Assembly: GCA_041645215.1 (NCBI GenBank)
Contig: JBAZQK010000008.1
Coordinates: 1,744-65,743, forward strand
Direction of reading: 5' to 3'
Origin: Patescibacteria group bacterium
Lineage (GTDB): Bacteria; Patescibacteriota; Patescibacteriia; Veblenbacterales; UBA10138
DNA length: 64,000 bases
This document shows, one piece after another, positions 45,375 through 53,537 of the stretch. Every line of letters begins with the position of its first letter. Positions within the stretch are counted from its first letter, which is position 1. The position numbers were made by a program, and so were the translations under genes. The notes under the pieces were generated by a model. It ran no database searches. It had not been told where the DNA came from and saw only the letters and a program-made list of their open reading frames with translations.

Positions 45375-46127
45375 TTAGTGAGCCAACGAAACCAAATAAG
45401 CAATAGATATCATACCAAAGAGGAAGCTTAAAATAATTCCATAAACCTGCTTATGGCCGGCGCGGTGGTGAATTTCCGGTATTAAATCGGACGCCGCTAT
45501 GTAAAGAAAAATTCCAGCTACGGCCGCCAGCAAAAAAGGCAGCCAAGCCGCAAATAGTTGAGCGGCGTAATAACCAATAACGGCTCCGGCTACCGTAAGC
45601 AAGGACGAAGCAATATTAACCAAAATAATTTTCGCTTTAGACCAACCCCGATCAAGTAATATGACAAAATCACCAATCTCTTGGGGTATTTCATGGGCGG
45701 CCACGGCCAAAGCAGTGGTTAAGCCTAAAGCCGGATTAGCCACAAACGATAAGGCGATTACTATGCCATCCAAAAAATTATGCAAACTATCGCCCACTAC
45801 CACTAATACTGGCAAGGATTCCGTGTGGTCATTATGGCCCTCACCTTCCAATTTATGCCGGTGGAAATAACGCATGATAAATCGCTCCATTACGAAAAAA
45901 CAAAAGTAGCCGCCTAACAACCAAGCAAAAATATAGTGGGATTCTTTAACGCCGGCTAAAGCTTCCGGCAAAATATCAAAAAAACTCACACCCATAAAGG
46001 CGCCGGCCGCAAATGACACCAGCGGTGTAATTATTTTTAAGGTTGATTTTGACTTCCAAACTATCAACAGGCCTCCGATCAAGGAAACCACTCCACCGAT
46101 TAAAGCATAAAATATCAATGTAAGCAT
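45375..46127 (-). CDS. zupT: ZIP-family divalent metal transporter (ZupT-like)
   Basis: 250 aa; 8 TM; HNFLDGI and HEIPQEIGDF signature helices. Confidence 0.8.
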   Translation of the reverse strand: MLTLIFYALIGGVVSLIGGLLIVWKSKSTLKIITPLVSFAAGAFMGVSFFDILPEALAGVKESHYIFAWLLGGYFCFFVMERFIMRYFHRHKLEGEGHNDHTESLPVLVVVGDSLHNFLDGIVIALSFVANPALGLTTALAVAAHEIPQEIGDFVILLDRGWSKAKIILVNIASSLLTVAGAVIGYYAAQLFAAWLPFLLAAVAGIFLYIAASDLIPEIHHRAGHKQVYGIILSFLFGMISIAYLVSLAH

Positions 46128-46148
46128 TACTTTAAGTAATTAATTAAT

Positions 46149-46919
46149 CTAACTATTGGCTTTAATTCGCTCGTTATTTTTAAGAATATCTTTAATAAAT
46201 TCCGCATTGTAACCAGCCTCGCTCGCGGCCTTAACAATGGCAGTCAAATCTTTAGGCAAGCATTTGCCGTCAAAACCGCGTTGCTGGGGATAAACAAAGG
46301 TGAAATACCGGCTCATCCGCGGGTCCAGCAAAAACGCTTCGCGCACCATATTGTAATCAGCCCCCCAGGCTTGGGCAATGTTATAAAATTCATTGGCAAA
46401 CGTAACCATCATCCCGACCGCCGTGTTGGCCATATATTTAACTATCTCCGCCTCGGTGGCGGTTAAAAACAATATTTTTACGCTAGAATTATAAACCGTT
46501 TGATAAAGTCGCACGGCCTTAGCGCAATCTTCCCGGGTTCCACCCAAAATTATAAAAGTCTGACTGCTTTCATCTTTCAAGGGGTGCGCCACAGTTTCGC
46601 CAATATATTCCGGCTGGAACACAATATGTTTCTGGGGATATTGCTGTTGTAACTTCTCGGTGGTGCCGGGTTTAACCGTGGAACGGATAATTATTAATGG
46701 AGTTTTTAACCAAGCGACGGATTGTTCTACGATGGAAGTGTCGCAGGAACCGTTTGGTAAGGGATTGGTCGGCACACAAATAAAAACTGCCTCGCACTCA
46801 TTTATTTCCTCTTTGGTGCTGGACACATCCTTAAACCCAGGGTCATAAATTTTAGCCGCTGGGAAAAGCTTATGCATTGCCTTCCCTACAAAACCATAAC
46901 CGATGATTGCTGTGTTCAT
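46149..46919 (-). CDS. Short UDP-glucose/GDP-mannose dehydrogenase-family protein
   Basis: 256 aa; N-terminal Rossmann IIGYGFVGKAM; catalytic-Cys-like GKCLPKDL; much shorter than canonical 390-440 aa enzymes. Confidence 0.5.
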   Translation of the reverse strand: MNTAIIGYGFVGKAMHKLFPAAKIYDPGFKDVSSTKEEINECEAVFICVPTNPLPNGSCDTSIVEQSVAWLKTPLIIIRSTVKPGTTEKLQQQYPQKHIVFQPEYIGETVAHPLKDESSQTFIILGGTREDCAKAVRLYQTVYNSSVKILFLTATEAEIVKYMANTAVGMMVTFANEFYNIAQAWGADYNMVREAFLLDPRMSRYFTFVYPQQRGFDGKCLPKDLTAIVKAASEAGYNAEFIKDILKNNERIKANS

Positions 46920-46922
46920 AGA

Positions 46923-47504
46923 TTAGTTTAAAAATAATTTTCTTAGTTCTTCCATTTTAGAGGAATCCAGCCGAGATTGCAAAACCTTCGTCCTTAGCTG
47001 ATTACTCCCCAGCTGGCCGCTGCTAATCATGTTCATAAATTCCTCAAAATCAACCTCGGTTGATTTAATTTTTTCAGCGCCGTCTAATTCCTGCTGGCCC
47101 GCCCTCTGGCAATTCTTAGCAATAAACACATAAACCGCCCAATCAATTTTCGTAACCGGCTGATAGCCAAACCAAAATTGCCAGTTATCCGAAGTATATC
47201 CGGTTTCCTCTTTTAACTCTCTTTGAGCCGCAGCTAGCGGCTCTTCGCCTTCATTTATCCGCCCGCCTTCTACTCCCCAAAAGGGTTCCCGGCCCGGCTG
47301 TTCCTGTCGGGCAACCACAATTTTACCTTCTTTGGTAACAGGAAAAACTACTACCGTATCCGGACGTTTTAATTTTTCAAACACTCGTTTTTGTCCGTCA
47401 TAGCCTGTAACTTCCCACTGATAAACCTCAAAAACTACCCCTTTAAAAACCAACCTGGCATTGGATGGCATTATTTGTCTGGATACCGGACGTTCTATTT
47501 CCAT
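46923..47504 (-). CDS. NUDIX hydrolase
   Basis: Nudix box GGRINEGEEPLAAAQRELKEETG. Confidence 0.8.
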   Translation of the reverse strand: MEIERPVSRQIMPSNARLVFKGVVFEVYQWEVTGYDGQKRVFEKLKRPDTVVVFPVTKEGKIVVARQEQPGREPFWGVEGGRINEGEEPLAAAQRELKEETGYTSDNWQFWFGYQPVTKIDWAVYVFIAKNCQRAGQQELDGAEKIKSTEVDFEEFMNMISSGQLGSNQLRTKVLQSRLDSSKMEELRKLFLN

Positions 47505-47507
47505 AAG

Positions 47508-48125
47508 TTAAACTAATGTAAATAAATCATCTTCACTCAAACGAACCTTATTATAAGCCGGGCCATGCAAACGGTGACCAATGGCTAAAAAAACCAAGGG
47601 CTTATAATGAGCGGGTAAATCCATAACTTCGGCGATTTTAGCCGGCGTAAACCCTCCCATCGGGCAAGAATCTATTTTGAGTTCCGCGCAGGCGGCTAAA
47701 CCAAAACCCAGGGCAATATAGGTTGAATTAGAAGCCCAGGTTAATAGCTCGGCCTCATTTTTACTAGCCAGAAACTGCTTAAACCTTTCCCGCCGCCCCT
47801 GTTGCGCCGCCTGATCATAACCGCTGGCAGCGGCGATTTTAATATACTCTTCAATCTTCTGGCTGATATTCGTTTCAGCACAAAACACTAAAACATATTT
47901 AGCGTCAGTTATTTGCGCTTGGTCAAAAGAATAAGGCCTCATCTTTTCTTTAAGAGTTTGATCACTAACCACATAAACATGGAACGGCTGCAAACCAAGC
48001 GAAGTCGGCGCCAGACGGATCGCGCGCAAAATTTTAGCTAAATCAGCTGGGGCGACTGATTTAGCCGGGTTAAATTTCTTGGTGGCAAAGCGCCAATCCA
48101 ATTGTGACAAAAAAGTGGTTGCCAT
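47508..48125 (-). CDS. Nitroreductase-family oxidoreductase
   Basis: 205 aa; FMN nitroreductase fold motifs (RRSxR-like N-terminus, conserved C-terminal GGF). Confidence 0.7.
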   Translation of the reverse strand: MATTFLSQLDWRFATKKFNPAKSVAPADLAKILRAIRLAPTSLGLQPFHVYVVSDQTLKEKMRPYSFDQAQITDAKYVLVFCAETNISQKIEEYIKIAAASGYDQAAQQGRRERFKQFLASKNEAELLTWASNSTYIALGFGLAACAELKIDSCPMGGFTPAKIAEVMDLPAHYKPLVFLAIGHRLHGPAYNKVRLSEDDLFTLV

Positions 48126-48214
48126 AGTCTAATGGTTTACACTCTATCATAATTTTCGCTTTTCTTAAAGCTGATAATTTTAAACAAAATGCAACTCGGG
48201 TGCCACGAACTAAG

Positions 48215-48397
48215 ATAGAGATGGTTTCAAAACCCTTTTCGTGGCGTCCGTAAGGTGGATTGAACGAGACAAGGAAGATGAGCAAAATGCCCGGAAACGT
48301 AGCAGTAGCTACGATGAGGACATTTTGGAAAATCTGACGCAGTCGCAGTCAAAAAACAGAAATTGCAGCAGAAATAGGGTTTTGAAACCATCTCATA
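48215..48397. mobile_element. 177-bp MITE copy 1 with 19-bp perfect TIRs and 3-bp TSD ATA
   Basis: GAGATGGTTTCAAAACCCT (48218-48236) ... AGGGTTTTGAAACCATCTC (48376-48394); flanking ATA/ATA. Confidence 0.8.
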
Positions 48398-48429
48398 ATA
48401 TCCGCCCCGAGGTCCATCAGCGTGGAGCT

Positions 48430-49008
48430 TCATACTTTAACCGTAGTGTTTTCCAATTTACCGGAGCCAATAAAAATACTGATGAAGTTACCGGCTATAT
48501 CAAGGACTTGGTTAAGCCTGATTTTGTCAGTGGCGTTAAATGTTTGTAACACATAGTCTTCTAGCGGTTGAGGAGTAGCGGGCCGGCCGATTCCAATTCT
48601 AAGCCGCCAGAATTTATCAGTGGCCAGATTATCAATAATGCTTTGCACGCCTTTGTGGCCAGCCGCGGAGGCAGCCCATGACGGACGAATCGCGCCGAAT
48701 GGTAAATCAACCTCATCGTTAATAATAAGTAACTGGTTAGAGTTTAGTTTAAAAAATTTCATCACTTCGGCCACGCTCAAACCCGATTCGTTCATAAAGG
48801 TTTGCGGCTTTAACAGGCGCACGGTTGTGTTCTCAACTTTGACTTTTGCCAGTAGTGATTTGGCGGAAGGTTGAGCTTTCCAGTCGAGCGTTAGATTTTT
48901 TTGCTGTAACCAGTAAGCCAACGCGCGCTCGCCAACATTATGTCGGGTTGGTTCATATTTTTTACCGGGGTTGCCCAGACCGACGATTAAAAGATTGATG
49001 GTGGTCAT
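48430..49008 (-). CDS. pth: Peptidyl-tRNA hydrolase
   Basis: 192 aa; LIVGLGNPG...YEPTRHNVG. Confidence 0.85.
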   Translation of the reverse strand: MTTINLLIVGLGNPGKKYEPTRHNVGERALAYWLQQKNLTLDWKAQPSAKSLLAKVKVENTTVRLLKPQTFMNESGLSVAEVMKFFKLNSNQLLIINDEVDLPFGAIRPSWAASAAGHKGVQSIIDNLATDKFWRLRIGIGRPATPQPLEDYVLQTFNATDKIRLNQVLDIAGNFISIFIGSGKLENTTVKV

Positions 49009-49037
49009 AAAAATAAATTAAGTAACTTTAGAGCAGT

Positions 49038-50342
49038 TTAGCTTTTGGCTCGATTTTGCAAATTAACTTTGATTGGCGTACCGCTAAAATCAAAACCATG
49101 TCTTAGTTTGCCCTCAACCCAGCGGGCGACGGCAGTGGGTAGGACAACCTTAGTGTTAAAACGAAGTTGAAAGCGCGGCGGGGCCGTGCCAATTTGTTCA
49201 AGCGCCACCAGCGGTAAATTTTTAATCGGATGGAGGCGCCGAATATAGTTGGTAAATTTAATTATTTCGGCGTCGCTTAGTCGGCGCTGCCAATTGCTTT
49301 TAATTTGTTCGGCCAGCGGTATGATTTTATAAACTTTATGGCCGCTTAGCGCCGATACCCAGAGACAAGGTGCGTAGCTTAGCATGGGCAAATAGTGGGT
49401 GATGCTTTTGGCAATGATTTTGCGTTCCTCCAACTCTACTAAATCAGCTTTGTTAAGAATTATTACAACCGGACGAGAAGTTTTGGTGGCGGCATCAGCC
49501 AGGGCCTGATCCTGCCAGCTTAATTTTTGGCGGGCGTCTATGACCAATAAGATTACGTCCACCGCCGGCAGGATTTGCATAGCTTGTTGGACGCTTTGCG
49601 TTTCTAAGGTTGGCGCTTTATTGATTTGCCGTCTAACCCCGGCGGTGTCAACCAACTCCACTAAAGTATTAAAGTGAAAAAAATAATGATGTTGGCGGTC
49701 ACGCGTGGTATGAGGCGTCGCCAGCACTAAACTGCGTTCGGCATTAAGTAAGCGGTTAAAAAGTAATGACTTGCCCACGTTAGTTTGTCCGATAATAGCC
49801 AGTTTAAGCGACGGTTTTGGCTCCTCGATTTTATTTATATGCGGCCACATTGCGTCAAGCAGGTCGCCGACGCCGACACCGGTTTTGGCGGACAGCAATT
49901 GGGTGGTAAATTTTAATATTTGTTGCGGCGCGCGGGCGCGCTGGCGCGGTCCGTCAATTTTGTTAACCGCCACGATAACATTTTTTTGCCAGCGCTGGAG
50001 TTTTTTGATTAATTCTAATTCTTTGTCAAGTAAGCCGGTTTGACCGTCAATGACAAATATTATCAGACGGCTGGTTTTAATAAGGCGATTGAGTTTTTTT
50101 AAACCCGCCTGTCCGGCGGGGTCCTGGGCCAGCGGATCAATTCCACCACTGTCGTAAATTAAAAAATTTTGTCCCCGCCAATTAACCAGGCCCAGATTAG
50201 TGTCGCGGGTGGTACCGGCTTCGGACGAAACCAGCGCTTTATTGCCGCCGACAAGGCGGTTGAATAAGGACGATTTACCGACATTGGTTCGTCCGACAAT
50301 TACAACTTCAGCTTGAGGAAGGAGTGGCATAATTTTTAACAA
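49038..50342 (-). CDS. der: Ribosome-associated GTPase Der (EngA), two tandem G domains + KH-like domain
   Basis: GRTNVGKSSLFNRL and GQTNVGKSLLFNRL P-loops. Confidence 0.85.
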   Translation of the reverse strand: MLKIMPLLPQAEVVIVGRTNVGKSSLFNRLVGGNKALVSSEAGTTRDTNLGLVNWRGQNFLIYDSGGIDPLAQDPAGQAGLKKLNRLIKTSRLIIFVIDGQTGLLDKELELIKKLQRWQKNVIVAVNKIDGPRQRARAPQQILKFTTQLLSAKTGVGVGDLLDAMWPHINKIEEPKPSLKLAIIGQTNVGKSLLFNRLLNAERSLVLATPHTTRDRQHHYFFHFNTLVELVDTAGVRRQINKAPTLETQSVQQAMQILPAVDVILLVIDARQKLSWQDQALADAATKTSRPVVIILNKADLVELEERKIIAKSITHYLPMLSYAPCLWVSALSGHKVYKIIPLAEQIKSNWQRRLSDAEIIKFTNYIRRLHPIKNLPLVALEQIGTAPPRFQLRFNTKVVLPTAVARWVEGKLRHGFDFSGTPIKVNLQNRAKS

Positions 50343-50362
50343 TCGGACGGTTAATTAAATTC

Positions 50363-50545
50363 AATGAGATGGTTTCAAAACCCTTTTCGTGGCGTCCGTA
50401 AGGTGGATTGAACGAGACCAGGAAGATGAGCAAAATACCCGGAAACGTAGCAGTAGCTACGATGAGGACATTTTGGGAAATCTGACGCAGTCGCAGTCAA
50501 AAAACAGAGATTGCAGCAGAAATAGGGTTTTGAAACCATCTCAAT
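50363..50545. mobile_element. 177-bp MITE copy 2 with 19-bp perfect TIRs and 3-bp TSD AAT
   Basis: 50366-50542, ~96% identical to copy 1; flanking AAT/AAT. Confidence 0.8.
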
Positions 50546-50914
50546 AAGTCTCATACTATTTTATCATACAGCAAACCGTCCGCTTTCGGTAATTTGGTTC
50601 CGTTCAGCCGGGCCTGGTAGGAAATTTAAAATTTACCTGCCCGCCATCGGCCTCTTGCAATCGATAATTATTATTTAGTGCTGTAGCTTTCTATTTAATA
50701 GCATCGTTTACTTTGTACAGGCTTAGGCAGGCGGGCCTGCCCGCCCCGTCATGGCTTCGCCAGATCTCGCAGAGCGATGACTTAGCAGGGCCCGCCGTTA
50801 GCCTTAGAAATATCACTATAACACTGAAACACTGGAACACTAGATCACTGGATCAAATTTGTTCAAGTGTTAAAGTGTTCCTGTGATTAAGTGTTTCTTG
50901 ATTCTTTATTAAAG

Positions 50915-52036
50915 CTACGGCAGTTGGGAATTTTTTAGACCAGTCTGCTTTTGATTTTGGTCATTAGTTGAGATTGATAAAATGTCAGCGGCCGCGGCTT
51001 TTAATTCCGAGTAATCGCCTTGGCGGGGGGTTAGTAAGTAAGCGCCATCCAGGCTAATTATTTGTTTTAGCAAGCCATCGGCGGTATCGTCTAACACCCG
51101 GTGTTGAATAGCGCCGGTGTCAACCTGGCGCAGGATGTGAGCCAAGCGAATAGCGTCGGCCGCGTCCAGGTTGGTGAGTACGCTGTTTTGGAGAGTTTGG
51201 TAAACTTTTAGCATTAGCCGCGGATTTAAGAAAGTGGCCGGTGACAGCAGTTTAGCTTTAATAGCTGATAAAATTATTTGTTGACGTTGGGCCCGGGCAA
51301 AGTCAGAATTTTGCTGGTTGTCGCCATGCCGTGAGCGGACGTATTCTAAAGCTTTAGTTCCGGACATAACTTGCCAACCAGCCGGGAAGGAAATTGTTCT
51401 GTAGCCATGGTCATCATTGGGAAAACTGTTATCGGTAAAGGCGTTTGGAACATTGACCGGTAGACCGCCTATTTGGTCCACAATTTTTACAAAACCGTCA
51501 AAGTCCAGTCGGACATAGTAGTGTATTTTTAAACCAAAAACCTCACCAATTACTTGGCTGGCCAAAACGGGCCCCTGGTTTAAGCTTTGTTGTTCACCTA
51601 GGGCGTTGGCGTAATTAACCCGTCTGGCGCCACCACCGGGAATTGGAACTACTAAATCACGAGGAATTGACATTAAACCAACTTGGGCAGTTTGCGGATT
51701 AAGACTGGCTAAAATAATAGTGTCGGTTAAATAAGGCCCGTCGTGGCCTGGTCCGCCCTGACCAAGCAAAAGAAAATTAATCCGGCCATCAGCTTCACCC
51801 TCAAGCATTTTGTCTTGCCCGCTGACCAGTTGTTTGACATTCTCCCATAATGAATGCTGGGGCCAGTTTAAAATAGTGGCTTGCACGTGAGGCTGTCGCG
51901 ACAGCCAAATTACTGTCAGGCTGACAACAATAAAAACGGTATACAAAAAAAACTTCCCCCGGTTGATTTTGCGAACAGCGGGGGACTGCTCACTTGCCGG
52001 AGTCGGCGGTAATGGTAGATTGTCTAGATTATCCAT
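50915..52036 (-). CDS. LytR-CpsA-Psr (LCP) family protein
   Basis: 373 aa; N-terminal TM; LCP core (ILLLGQGGPGHDG..DTIILASL, RHGDN..DFARAQRQQ). Confidence 0.8.
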   Translation of the reverse strand: MDNLDNLPLPPTPASEQSPAVRKINRGKFFLYTVFIVVSLTVIWLSRQPHVQATILNWPQHSLWENVKQLVSGQDKMLEGEADGRINFLLLGQGGPGHDGPYLTDTIILASLNPQTAQVGLMSIPRDLVVPIPGGGARRVNYANALGEQQSLNQGPVLASQVIGEVFGLKIHYYVRLDFDGFVKIVDQIGGLPVNVPNAFTDNSFPNDDHGYRTISFPAGWQVMSGTKALEYVRSRHGDNQQNSDFARAQRQQIILSAIKAKLLSPATFLNPRLMLKVYQTLQNSVLTNLDAADAIRLAHILRQVDTGAIQHRVLDDTADGLLKQIISLDGAYLLTPRQGDYSELKAAAADILSISTNDQNQKQTGLKNSQLP

Positions 52037-52047
52037 AAAGGGTTGCC

Positions 52048-52156
52048 TTTACCCCGTTAGAAGCAGGATGCCCCGCCGATTCGGCGGGGATGAATGCCCA
52101 ATTCTCAACAGCGAACACGGGGTTTAATGCCCCGTGTGAGCTTCTAACGGGGTTTA
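52048..52156. mobile_element. CCCCGTTAGAA-TIR element copy g (AGC subtype) upstream of the LCP gene
   Basis: TIR 52052-52064 / 52140-52152; direct repeats TTTA 52048-51 and 52153-56; interior shares ATGCCCCGTGTGA with copy f plus extra hairpins CCCCGCCG-ATTC-GGCGGGG and CACGGGG-TTTAAT-GCCCCGTG. Confidence 0.7.
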
Positions 52157-52454
52157 CCCACGCCTTAGTCCGATTTAGGGGCCCCAGCGTGGGAGTTGGG
52201 CGCTCTAAAAGTTCAAAGGAGTTGATATCGCAGTAAGATCAGGAGCGCTTCACAAGGCGCAGAAAAAATGGTAACATTTTGTATATTTATTTGTCAATTT
52301 ATCGTTTAGATTATATACTGTGGTGGCTTTAACTGCCGGTGTAGCCATAGCGGCAGCACGTTAGCTGTTATTTATTCACTTATTTAACAAGGTTGGTTGG
52401 CTTTAGGCCCAAAACGTCCGGCCCAGGAACATTTATCACCCTACTATATTCTAA

Positions 52455-52529
52455 GGACGGTTAGCTCAGCGGTAGAGCACTGCATTCACATTGCAGGGGT
52501 CATAGGTTCAAATCCTATACCGTCCACCA
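52455..52529 (+). tRNA. tRNA-Val (anticodon CAC)
   Basis: Canonical cloverleaf GGACGGT...CTGCA-TTCACAT-TGCAG...ATAGGTTCAAATCCTAT-ACCGTCCACCA; TTGTCA-17-TATACT promoter at ~52290. Confidence 0.85.
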
Positions 52530-52961
52530 CGATGTATTAAGTCAAAAGTTAAAAGTCAAAGGTCAAATCTACAACGCAAAGCTCAAAACTTTTTAGTTTA
52601 ACCAAATTAACAATTAATTATTTACTCTGCCGCTATGCCGTAGGTTCAGCTAGCAATGCGGCACCCGTGTGAAGGCTAAGCTGGCGCGTGTTGTGGTGGT
52701 TTGTGCACCCGCCTGCCTAAGCCTGTTCTTAAAGTAAGCGACGCTATTAAATAACAACGAGTAATATTAAGTTATAGTTGTTGATTACAGCAGGACTATG
52801 GCGGGCAGGTAGCGCCAGCCCTGAACGCGGGTAGCATTGCCTGAATCGAAGGCTTTAAGCGGCGACTCTTGTGTTACTTCTCTAGAGAAGTAACAAGAAA
52901 TTAATTTAGATTTAGGATTTGATGTAGAATTTAGAAATATCTATAACTTTACTAATTATTT

Positions 52962-53525
52962 ATGTGGGAAAATTTAAAAGCTTTTTTAGTATTCTTGGGC
53001 GAGGTGCTTAAGGTCGGACTAGTTTCGCTCCTAATTATATTGCCGATTCGTTATTTTTTGGTACAACCGTTTTACGTTAAAGGGGCTTCGATGGAACCAA
53101 ATTATTATGACCATGATTATTTGTTGATTGATGAAATATCATTCCGCTGGCGCGGGCCCGAGCGGGGTGAGGCGGTAGTGTTGCGCTATCCGCGCGATCG
53201 CAGCCAATTTTTTATTAAGCGGATTGTTGGCTTGCCGGGTGAGCGAGTAGTGGTCAAGAATGAGAAAGTTTGGATTGCCGCCCCGCGCGGCGAGCTGGCG
53301 CCGCTAGCCGAGCCATATTTAGGCGAGTGGGTTAGAACTCAAGGCAACCTTGATATTACCCTGCAGGCCGACCAGTATTTTATTTTAGGCGATAATCGCG
53401 CCGCTAGTCTTGATTCTAGAGCCTTTGGGCCGGTAGTGAAAGGCGAGCTTGTCGGCCGCAGTTGGATTCGCGCTTGGCCCTTTGACCGCTGGACAGTTTT
53501 TAGTCCGACGCCGCCAGCGCCGTAA
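52962..53525 (+). CDS. lepB: Signal peptidase I
   Basis: 187 aa; catalytic GASMEPN (Ser) and RIVGLPG / GDNRAASLDSR boxes. Confidence 0.85.
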   Translation: MWENLKAFLVFLGEVLKVGLVSLLIILPIRYFLVQPFYVKGASMEPNYYDHDYLLIDEISFRWRGPERGEAVVLRYPRDRSQFFIKRIVGLPGERVVVKNEKVWIAAPRGELAPLAEPYLGEWVRTQGNLDITLQADQYFILGDNRAASLDSRAFGPVVKGELVGRSWIRAWPFDRWTVFSPTPPAP

Positions 53526-53537
53526 TTAAATTATTTT

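Noticed and set aside
48241-48549. 102-aa + ORF
   Set aside because: It starts inside MITE copy 1 and runs antisense into pth. It is an artefact of the repeat.
52290-52960. RNase P RNA, SRP RNA or tmRNA in the tRNA-Val neighbourhood
   Set aside because: I looked for GGAAAGTCCGG, AGGGTGAAA (RNase P), GGAAGCAGCC (SRP) and a tag frame ending ...ALAA (tmRNA) and found none. It is kept only as an unspecified structured region.
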